Source of the DNA: Candidatus Woesearchaeota archaeon
GTDB lineage: Archaea > Nanobdellota > Nanobdellia > Woesearchaeales > JAGVYU01
Direction of reading: 5' to 3'
Length of the DNA: 64,000 nucleotides
NCBI GenBank assembly: GCA_018303105.1
Contig: JAGVYU010000061.1
Span: 3,109 to 67,108, forward strand
The position numbers and the translations under genes are program-made. Below the pieces are notes generated by a model that ran no database searches, was not told the origin of the DNA, and saw only the letters and a list, made by a program, of their open reading frames with translations. Below are positions 9,290 through 18,200 of this stretch, in pieces. How positions within the stretch are numbered: the first letter of the stretch is position 1; each line of letters opens with the position of its first letter.

Positions 9290-10570
9290 TCAATTACAGG
9301 TGCCCGGTAATCCGGCAAATGTGTCACAATCATTGCTTGCACATTCGCTGTAGTAATAGCAGGATACTCCCCCGCAGAGCCCACAATCAGGATTGTTAGT
9401 TGGGGATATTGGATTGCTAGGATTATAACAGACACCAGAGCAAGTTGCCGTATCCACCGCCCCTTCAATAATCCCCTGAAACTCTTTCTTGCAATTGTGC
9501 AAAATTTCTTTTTTAATTTTGTATCCTATATCCTCTCCTGCATCAAGAAGCTGCCCTGCGTTGCCGTAAAAATTCCAAACCAAAAGCGGATCGTCTTGCT
9601 TAATTATCAGATCATTCTCTCCTGCAAAAGTTCCTTCAACGATTCTATTATCTGGGGCGAGATAAATACTATTTCTAGCAGTCGGAATAATAGCCGCATC
9701 ATTTGAGAAGAAAAACCGGTCACTTCCAATCTCATCACTCAATTGCTCATTCAACGCACTCAACGCACATTTCGGTATTTTTTCCCAATATTTGAGTCTT
9801 GTAAGGGTTCCTTCAGGGTCTATCTTCACGCGCACCGTTGTCTCTCCCGTTGTTTCATCGTATTCAAACGTTCTCTCTATTTTAACTCTGTCCTGTTCAT
9901 CAAAGATCTTATCGCATTCCGGTCCAAGTTCAGAATCTGATATTAATCTAAGGGGAACATCTCGCTTTGCTGCCATTATCTCCCTTACTATTTCACAAAA
10001 ATCCTTTTTCGTCAATTCAACATTCACCTCATCAATGAATGTGCAGTCATAGAGACTATTCTCTGACTCATCCGTTTGTCTAAATATGGCAAACTGCCCT
10101 TTGCCTTCAATCTTAGCTTGTAACCTTCCTTCATGCACGGCATAGCATTCAAAGTATGGCCAGGAGATGTCAATCTCGCCAATGTCAAAACTGCTCACAA
10201 TGGCGCCTTTCCTCATCATGAACACATCATCACCCATGCCAGACTCAATATTATCCTGAATAAGAGGATACTGCGCAAAAGAAGATGAAATCTCTTTCTT
10301 AGCGTCAATAAGATACACTTTATCCACGCCGCACGGCACCGTATACGTTTTAATCTGCTGATCACCGCGCTTTAAACCAACAACACGTGTATCATGCTTC
10401 AAATCCCCGGAAAACACCTGCAATTCTGTTTTACACCCGGCATTCTTGAAATCATAATACATCTTAAACCCAAAAACAATGATCAAGCCAACTATGACTA
10501 AGACAATAATAAACGCGAACTGTTCGCCTTCGATTTGCGCTTTTTTCAATTTGATAATTTTTCTTATCAT
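9290..10570 (-). CDS. Membrane-anchored extracellular protein with a Cys-rich C-terminus
   Basis: An N-terminal TM segment (FAFIIVLVIVGLIIVFGF) is followed by a large ectodomain that ends in a Cys cluster (CGLCGGVSCYYYSECASNDCD). Confidence 0.4.
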   Translation of the reverse strand: MIRKIIKLKKAQIEGEQFAFIIVLVIVGLIIVFGFKMYYDFKNAGCKTELQVFSGDLKHDTRVVGLKRGDQQIKTYTVPCGVDKVYLIDAKKEISSSFAQYPLIQDNIESGMGDDVFMMRKGAIVSSFDIGEIDISWPYFECYAVHEGRLQAKIEGKGQFAIFRQTDESENSLYDCTFIDEVNVELTKKDFCEIVREIMAAKRDVPLRLISDSELGPECDKIFDEQDRVKIERTFEYDETTGETTVRVKIDPEGTLTRLKYWEKIPKCALSALNEQLSDEIGSDRFFFSNDAAIIPTARNSIYLAPDNRIVEGTFAGENDLIIKQDDPLLVWNFYGNAGQLLDAGEDIGYKIKKEILHNCKKEFQGIIEGAVDTATCSGVCYNPSNPISPTNNPDCGLCGGVSCYYYSECASNDCDTFAGLPGTCN

Positions 10571-10606
10571 GTGATATCTTTTGTTATCAGTTGATACTTT
10601 TTATTA

Positions 10607-11683
10607 TCACTTTTTACTTAGGGTTATTTCCCTTAGCAATCTTCCAAACTTCCGATACCCTGAGAATTTATTGAAATGCCCTGCACCTTTGATAACGGTA
10701 ACAGATGCTTCGAGCTTTTTAGCGAGCATCTCAGCTTTTGCCAGGGGAACATACGGATCATTATTCGAGTGAATTATGGTAAAATGAGCACAGTGTTTTC
10801 TGATGTTATCCCAGTTGAACGACTTTGTGACAAAGGATCTGTTTACAGCGTCAAACTTGTTTCTTAACAATCCCGTAAACCCTGAAACAAAATACGCAGA
10901 CTTTACTTTTTTACGCTCAAGCACGTCAAGCAAAAACGCGCAGCCTAAACTATGGCCTATGACAATCGAATCTGGTTTTATCTTCTTCTCGTACTTTCTA
11001 AACTTTCTTCTCCACGTCTGCAGCGACTGTTTTGGGGGCTTCGGAAGTTTAGGGACATAGACACGATACCCTAAACGCTCAAGCTCTCCGCGGAGCCACG
11101 GATACCAGTTCTCCCCGGGACTGCCATAGGATCCGTGAATAATGAAAACACGCTGCGCATTTCTCTTCAGCCTGCTCTTGATACGGCCGGGAATCCTTTT
11201 GATCCTTTGCGGGATCTCCTGAACCGCCTCGCTTTTCCTGAAGTGCCATAATAAACCGAGCGCGCCTATGACGATCGCGCTGTCCGCGATATTAAACGTC
11301 GGCCAATGGTCATTCATGAGGAAAAAATCAAAAAAATCGGTCACATGCTGAAACGCAAACCGATCAATCATGTTGCCAATCGTGCCTCCGAGAATAAGTG
11401 CGGTTGCGAGCAGTGTTGTCCTTTCCTTTATCGCCTCATCAAAGTAATACAAGATAAAACCCAGGACTATTACTGAGATCCACGCGAGCATCAATGTCCA
11501 TTCCTTGAATAAGCCAAATCCTGCTCCCGTATTCTGCACATACCATAATGAGAAAAAGCCGTCAATAATAGGCATTGTCTGCCCAGGAATCAGAGAAGCA
11601 CGGACAACATGCTTCGTCCACTGATCAACGATCAAAATTAATAATGCAATTCCAAAGAATTGGAAGCCGCGATAGTCTCTCAT
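10607..11683 (-). CDS. lspA: Fusion of lipoprotein signal peptidase II (LspA) with a YdeN/RBBP9-type serine hydrolase
   Basis: Residues 1-160 read FQFFGIALLILIVDQWTKHVVRASLIPGQTMPIIDGFFSLWYVQNTGAGFGLF and NIADSAIVIGALGLL, the LspA signature blocks. The C-terminal 190 aa read VFIIHGSYGSPGENWYPWL...VIGHSLGCAF...GAGHFN, a Ser-Asp-His alpha/beta hydrolase. It is a single uninterrupted ORF. Confidence 0.7.
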   Translation of the reverse strand: MRDYRGFQFFGIALLILIVDQWTKHVVRASLIPGQTMPIIDGFFSLWYVQNTGAGFGLFKEWTLMLAWISVIVLGFILYYFDEAIKERTTLLATALILGGTIGNMIDRFAFQHVTDFFDFFLMNDHWPTFNIADSAIVIGALGLLWHFRKSEAVQEIPQRIKRIPGRIKSRLKRNAQRVFIIHGSYGSPGENWYPWLRGELERLGYRVYVPKLPKPPKQSLQTWRRKFRKYEKKIKPDSIVIGHSLGCAFLLDVLERKKVKSAYFVSGFTGLLRNKFDAVNRSFVTKSFNWDNIRKHCAHFTIIHSNNDPYVPLAKAEMLAKKLEASVTVIKGAGHFNKFSGYRKFGRLLREITLSKK

Positions 11684-11811
11684 CAGCCTATAAAGAACTC
11701 AGCGGTTTAAATATGTTTCTTGTCAGTGCCTTCCATAGCATAGCTTCTGCCCTGTTATAGCAGCTCACACTCTCACGTTGCTCAACACAAGAATTTATAA
11801 ATGCGAAGAGG

Positions 11812-12483
11812 ATGTGCTTACGATTTATGAATTTGTACTCTAAACTTTTTTTGTTTGGACAATTTGGATGCACGACCATACCCGCTACCGAGCCTACAGG
11901 ACAAGCGATGATGGACTCTGACAAATGTTCCTCATGGGTTCGTAACTATTTTAGGCCATTTACAAACGAGGATCTTCTCGATCTTGTTGAGGATTATCCG
12001 AATAACCCCCACATCCAACGCTTGAAGGAAGAAGGCCAGCCGAAAACCGGGCCGGGCATTGTTGAACAAGCGTATTGCGAGCTTGCTGCACGCCACAAGG
12101 GCATACGACTGGCTGCCCCCTTCTATCGAGACGATGCTCATAATACAGAAGTTGACGCACTGGATGAGCTCATCGGAGGAGTCTCTGGTTTTAAGCACAG
12201 AGGCCTTACCGCAATGGACAATTTTACAGGCACAACAGTAACAGCAGCTGGAATCGCATGGATCGTTTGCTGTGGGATGCTCAAAGGCCTGGACGGTATG
12301 CTTCCTGAGCTCGGATCATTTGAGCCAGCGTTTCACTGGGTTCAGAATTATGCGCCTGTTTTTTTCACACTCAGCCTCGCTCCCGTCTATGGCATGTTAA
12401 CGCATATGTTCAGAAGACATGTCAGTCCTGACGCCCTAGTCCGCGCGCGGACTTTAGATGACCATTTTGGGCAGGTTTATTGA
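11812..12483 (+). CDS. Hypothetical protein. The true start is probably an internal Met.
   Basis: Long ORF with membrane-like segments and no recognisable motif. Confidence 0.3.
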   Translation: MCLRFMNLYSKLFLFGQFGCTTIPATEPTGQAMMDSDKCSSWVRNYFRPFTNEDLLDLVEDYPNNPHIQRLKEEGQPKTGPGIVEQAYCELAARHKGIRLAAPFYRDDAHNTEVDALDELIGGVSGFKHRGLTAMDNFTGTTVTAAGIAWIVCCGMLKGLDGMLPELGSFEPAFHWVQNYAPVFFTLSLAPVYGMLTHMFRRHVSPDALVRARTLDDHFGQVY

Positions 12484-12499
12484 ATTTCTCAGGGTAAGA

Positions 12500-12913
12500 T
12501 TACCACCGTCTTGAATAACTCGGCTGCTGCTCCCGCATCGCAATTCTTTCAATGTTCATAAGCCTTTGATTAATGCTTTCCAAACTTGCCTGCAGCGCAT
12601 CCATCTTTGAGGATAGAATCTCAATGTTTTTTCCAATGATGACCGTATCTTGATTAGGATATGCTTGTTGTTGATAAGCGGGCTGAGCGAAACTAGGCTG
12701 CAATTGAGGCGTCATGAACGGCCTAGGCTCCTGGAATGGCTCAATGCGGTCAAGACCCAAACCAGACTGCGTGTTCTGGCCATAACGCTGCTGGCCAAAC
12801 GGATCATTCACGCCGGGAATACTTGTGTCTGTTGGATTCAAATCCGTCGGAAGCTCAGGAAGCCCTGAATCCTTCTTCCAGAACATCAGCTTGTCCATGA
12901 AACCCATGACCAC
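12500..12913 (-). CDS. Hypothetical Q/P-rich protein with a C-terminal coiled coil
   Basis: ORF with a low-complexity N-terminus and a heptad-like C-terminus (ILSSKMDALQASLESINQRLMNIERI). Confidence 0.3.
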   Translation of the reverse strand: MVMGFMDKLMFWKKDSGLPELPTDLNPTDTSIPGVNDPFGQQRYGQNTQSGLGLDRIEPFQEPRPFMTPQLQPSFAQPAYQQQAYPNQDTVIIGKNIEILSSKMDALQASLESINQRLMNIERIAMREQQPSYSRRW

Positions 12914-13233
12914 ACCTCTTTTTCAATATAGCTACGGAAACCACTATTTAAAGGTTACGAGCGAAGTTAAGATGAATGAATCGTTTGTTAGAAGGCAACA
13001 ACAAGAATGGCTTCGGACGACCTCATTGCATTCGGCCTCCTCGGGACTCCGGAGGTTATGGAAATCGCAAATTTCCAGAACTTCTGGAAACCCTTCAGGT
13101 TTCCATAAGAGCCAACCCTCCCCTCGGCCTCGCCTACGGCGCCAGAACTGGAGTTGAAGTCCGCCGCCTGCAACCGGCGCCGCGGTGACCACATTTAGAG
13201 GGTTTTGTAGTCATCTCTATAGATAGCAAATCC

Positions 13234-13692
13234 ATGAAATCGATAATGAGAGTGTTAGTATTACAAACATATAAGGAGTATTTAGCATTATTTGTTAGTA
13301 TCATTAACACGTTATCACTACTAACCATAAAGCTTAAATATTACCCCATGGTTATTATAGCTAACATGACCTCAAAGCAGCACATTCTCACATTCAAGCG
13401 CTCTGCTGATGCAGTATACGCTATGGGGGACTTTACAAGCGCCACGATTCTGTACTTTAAAACGCTCTTTGCTCTCCATGATTATCTCTTGCTCGAGAAA
13501 ATTGGATATGCTCCTAAAGATCACACAGAACGATTCAGGCTCCTGCAACAAGAGTTTCCGGAACTCTATGCCGAGTTAGACGCTGAATTCAACACGTACA
13601 GAAGTACATACACAAGAATTGCCTCCAAGGAGACATGCAATCGTATAAAAAAGATGATTGAACATGCCATCACTACTCACCACATTGCATAA
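13234..13692 (+). CDS. HEPN-like helical protein, upstream partner of an MNT
   Basis: It is alpha-helical and overlaps the start of the downstream nucleotidyltransferase ORF, so the arrangement looks like an operon. Confidence 0.35.
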   Translation: MKSIMRVLVLQTYKEYLALFVSIINTLSLLTIKLKYYPMVIIANMTSKQHILTFKRSADAVYAMGDFTSATILYFKTLFALHDYLLLEKIGYAPKDHTERFRLLQQEFPELYAELDAEFNTYRSTYTRIASKETCNRIKKMIEHAITTHHIA

Positions 13693-14254
13693 AGCGGCAA
13701 AGGCCGTTTACAACGAGTATAAAGACAAAATAGAAGATATCATTCTCCTAGGGTCATTCATGAAGGGAAAAGAAGATCCAGAGGACATTGATGTGCTCAT
13801 CATTTTTAAGGAACAGGTGGATAAGCCTGTTGAGTCTGCGTTGAAAAAGGCATTGCATTTGAACAACTTGGACTTGAATTCGATCACACTCCAGGAACTT
13901 GAGGGAGACGGATTCATTGCCAAAGAGGGCGTTTACCTTGAAGGGTTTAGTCTTCTCCGGAATGCCCCTGTGAGCTCGAGGCTTGGGTTCTACAGTGTCG
14001 CATTCCTTTGCTATAATTTGAGTTCTCTTAAAGGATCTGCGCGCGTGAGATTCTACTACGCGCTTCAGGGAAGAGGTGTTGCTCCCGGATTTCTTAAAAC
14101 CCTGCAGGCAGCGCGATATTCTGACAATATCATACTCTGCGCATATGGAGAGATCGAGAAGCTAAAAAGTTTTTTTGAACAGTGGAAGATTCCGTATGTG
14201 ACTACACCCGCCCTGATTCCAAAAAGGTTGAAGCAAGTGCTGTTGGGGAAGTGA
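13658..14254 (+). CDS. Nucleotidyltransferase-domain protein (MNT-like) with a C-terminal extension
   Basis: IILLGSFMKGKEDPEDIDVLIIF fits the GS..DxD nucleotidyltransferase motif. Confidence 0.55.
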   Translation: MNMPSLLTTLHKAAKAVYNEYKDKIEDIILLGSFMKGKEDPEDIDVLIIFKEQVDKPVESALKKALHLNNLDLNSITLQELEGDGFIAKEGVYLEGFSLLRNAPVSSRLGFYSVAFLCYNLSSLKGSARVRFYYALQGRGVAPGFLKTLQAARYSDNIILCAYGEIEKLKSFFEQWKIPYVTTPALIPKRLKQVLLGK

Positions 14255-14293
14255 TTCACAATGAGTCGTGGGACTAGATAGAAATGATGGCTG

Positions 14294-14590
14294 TTGAGGG
14301 GAGGGTCATGCACTATTGAAATGGTGCTGGAGTTGGAAGGGTTGTGGTGGATATCTGTGTGTTTACCCGCAAGCATTATAAAGAATCCGGAAGTGAGTAT
14401 CCTAATGAGCAGTTATATTTGTAATGTATGCAAAAATCCAGTTGAACACGATGAAAATACCCAGATATTAGAGTTTAATGGTTATTTTGTCTGTAGCGGA
14501 TGCTACCTAAAGCTGAATGGAGCAGAGCTATCTGATATTAAAGAGATACTTTTGAGAATTGAAAAGAAGATTGATTCAAAGATGAAATAG
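14294..14590 (+). CDS. Small zinc-ribbon protein
   Basis: It has two CxxC pairs (CNVCKN ... CSGCY). Confidence 0.3.
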   Translation: MRGGSCTIEMVLELEGLWWISVCLPASIIKNPEVSILMSSYICNVCKNPVEHDENTQILEFNGYFVCSGCYLKLNGAELSDIKEILLRIEKKIDSKMK

Positions 14591-14905
14591 TTCTAGTTGC
14601 CATAAGAGACAATATGTGTCGGTAATGATCTATTATCCCTACGCTGGTTAGCGTGAAGTTACTCAACTGAATTCTTTTTGGTTCCATACGTTTTAGCACA
14701 GAATCTTGCTGACTTTTTGTGGTTTTTCTACCATGCTAAATGATAATCTCTTCAGAGATTGCTTAGCAAAGATTTACATGATGGCAAAACCCAATATGTA
14801 CATGGGCCTCGCCCAAAGTGAGGTCTAGGCGTTAACTAAAGACAGGGGATCACAATGTACGTTGGACTATAACAAGATTTATATAATCTCGGTAGTACGG
14901 GCGTC

Positions 14906-15298
14906 ATGTGGGGTTTAGTGGGAAAGATATACCTGATCATTGTGCTTCTTTTTGTGCTGTCGTGCGCCCCTCTAAGCAGAGAATACGTTAACAATTGTGA
15001 ACAATCCGGGGGAGATTATACTTCTGGTTTCTCTGAAACCAAAGGCCAATATTATTTTTGTGAATGTCCAGATGGCAAATACGAATCAGGAGGGATCTGT
15101 CACGATATCGCTGCTCAACAGGTGGAACTCTGCGAAAAAGTATCTAACAAATTTGTAAACTGTGCGGTTGATGGCAGCGAGTGCATATGCACATTTATAG
15201 ATTCTGGAACAGTCTCTTTTTTACCAATTGGAGTATTGGAAACTTCAAATTGTGAATGCTTTGATGGAGGATGTGGATGCGGACCAAACCTAAACTAA
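14906..15298 (+). CDS. Small Cys-rich secreted lipoprotein
   Basis: A signal peptide ends in the lipobox LFVLSC. The protein has 16 Cys and overlaps the start of the giant gene. Confidence 0.4.
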   Translation: MWGLVGKIYLIIVLLFVLSCAPLSREYVNNCEQSGGDYTSGFSETKGQYYFCECPDGKYESGGICHDIAAQQVELCEKVSNKFVNCAVDGSECICTFIDSGTVSFLPIGVLETSNCECFDGGCGCGPNLN

Positions 15299-18200
15299 TG
15301 GCGTTGCTGAATATATCCGTCTTTTTTCTCTTCATCCTTGTCCAAGTAGCTTATGCTGATTTAGAAGGATATGTGTATAAAGTTAAAGACGGACCAGAAG
15401 GATACTACGCAAGTTCTTCATTTTCTTCAGGAACGCTTCATTTTTTCTTCGATAACGCTGAGGAAATTTCAACTCAACTAAATGAAGATGGCTCTTTTGA
15501 GATCGATCCGGGTGACCTGTTTTGTTGGGAGGGGTGTAATATTTACCCTGCAATCACCCTAAAAGAAATTCGCGTATATGAGGGGGAAGAGCCCCTAAGT
15601 TCATTATTAATCCCTTATTCAAATATAAATCAGTCATACAATGCTATCAATCCCGTTTTTATAAATTTATTTTTAGATAACAAAGAGATTAATGACGACG
15701 TGATAACCTGGGATTCATCGTTTATAAGTGCTGAAGACCTAATTGGAATACAATCCTCGGAGGAATCTATTTATTTTGTGTCCTGGAATGGAACAATAGT
15801 TATCCCAGAGGAGGAGGAATATTTTTTTAGTTTTGAGGGGATGGGAAGTGTAAACTTTTGGATTGATGGTCAACAGGGGATATTCAAAGGTAAGGTGGGG
15901 GAGGGAATAAAACTTACTCCGGGAGAACACGAACTAAGAGCAGAATATTTTATACTCAATAGTACTTCATCTCCGAATATACTTTGGCGATACAACGAGG
16001 TTTCTGGGTTTGTCCCTTTGGAAAATCTTCGAATTACTTCAGGAGAATCCAAGAAAGTAATGAAGGACTCGCGTTTCCAGACGTTATCATTATCTGATTA
16101 TGGACTTTCTGAGATTTATCCATCTTGGAGCTGGTGGGGATATGTTACGTACAATACGCAAAAAAGACCATTACTTTTGATACATGGTTGGTCTAATAAT
16201 AATCTCGGTCCAGCGCAGACTAATCTCTGGACACAGTGGGGGACATTGCCGGGGGGCTTGGAGAATTTGGGAGATGAAATACTTGAAGTGGTTTATAACC
16301 CTGCAAATTTGGACAATCGGAAAAATGCGGGAATGCTGAATTTAGTCCTGTCCCAAATAAAGAATTACGGCTATAATTTTGAAAAAATAGATGTTGCCGC
16401 TCATAGCATGGGCGGATTAGCTGTCAGGGGGTATATACAAAACATGGGATTAACATCGAGTGGGAACTCTGTTTCATACGGATCTAACATTAGGAAAGCG
16501 ATATTTATTGGTAGTCCACTCCAGGGAACATATTTAGCAAATCTGATAAATGATGGATATAACTTCCCAGGTTCCTGTGATGCTTTGGATTTTTTCTTCA
16601 ACCTCAATGTAGTATCAGAGGCTACCAAGAACATGGAAATTGGTAGTGATTACTTATGGAACTTGAATACTGCATCTTTCAACAGCAATGTTGATTACTT
16701 AACGATCGGAGGATTTAATCAGTATGTTGCCTGCTTATATAATAGTAATATGGTAGAGGATGGCGTTGTGCCTATGAGCAGCTCCAACTTATTAGGGTAT
16801 AACGTCCCACATATTACACTAGATAGAGTCCACACAACAATCGTGGACAATCCGCAGGTGCTCGGAGTTATCGATGATTTTCTAAATAATCGAGGAACAA
16901 ATGAAATTAAATCCAACTTATATTATTCAGGAGAGTATTATATTGATCCAAGCTCCCATTATTATTTGGCACTAGGAGGTATTACCATTTCATTCACGGA
17001 CAAAAATCGGGTGACCGGAGTTCAAATTTATAACCCGACTACCGGATGGAAGAATTTATACCAAAATTCAAGAACCAAACGGTGGTTTTATCTTAATCCA
17101 GTTCCGCCAAATTTCAATTTTAACTCGTTTACAACTGAACTTCCTGTAGGGACTTACAACATTTACTATAATGAAGGGTCGGGTTTCTTTTATTCGGGTC
17201 AAAATGCATATATAGACTATGACAGTACAACTTATGTAACAATAAATAACTTGGATTCTGACAACGACGGAATAAAAGATGTAAACGATAACTGTCCTTA
17301 TAGTTATAACCCAAATCAAGCCAATTATGATGGAGATTCTGCCGGAGATAACTGTGACCCAGATGATGATAATGATGGGTTCAATGATAATCAGGATGTT
17401 TGCCAGTTTCAATATGGAACGTGTAGGGGCTGTCCGTTAAATCCAAATTGGACATTAAATTCAACTTGGTCTGCATGCACTGTCCAAGATACACAATTCA
17501 AAAATTATTATGACACAAATATGTGCGGGCAGACACCTCCACCTCCAGTATCGCAAGCTTGCAATTTCTGCAATTACTCACCAACTAACACCAGCTGGTC
17601 CTTTTTTGCTAACGTAAGCTTATGCCGCACCAACGACACTCAGCTTATCAATGTGAGCAGAAAAGAATACGATTCAAATTACGCATCCTGCTATCAAATT
17701 ACGGGGATTTCATTCGACCTTTGGAACAATGGGCAGAATAAGACCCATTACACAACAAATCAAACATCCTGTGATTACTGCTATCCAATACCCCTGAACT
17801 CCTCATGGGGCGACTGGTACAATATCACTGTATGTAGAGCGAATAAGACTAAAGTCCAGGAGAGGGAAAAAACCGAGTTTGACTCCGCCTACAGCATGTG
17901 CTATGCTCTTACACAGAATCCATTAGATAAATGGAATAATGGGAACAACAAAACGCACTATCAGCAGACAACGATACCCTGTTGTGATCCTATCCTTACA
18001 AATACATCGCCCAGTCAGTGGACAAACGTCTCCTGCCTAATCAATGATACTATGAATCAAACTCGGTTCAAGATAGAGTATGATTCTAATAGTTGCGGTA
18101 CGGTCCAAAACAGAACAATTATTGAATACCAACAAATAGAAAAATGCGACTTCTGCAAACCAAATCCTATAAACACGAGCTGGAGTCCATGGCAAAACGC

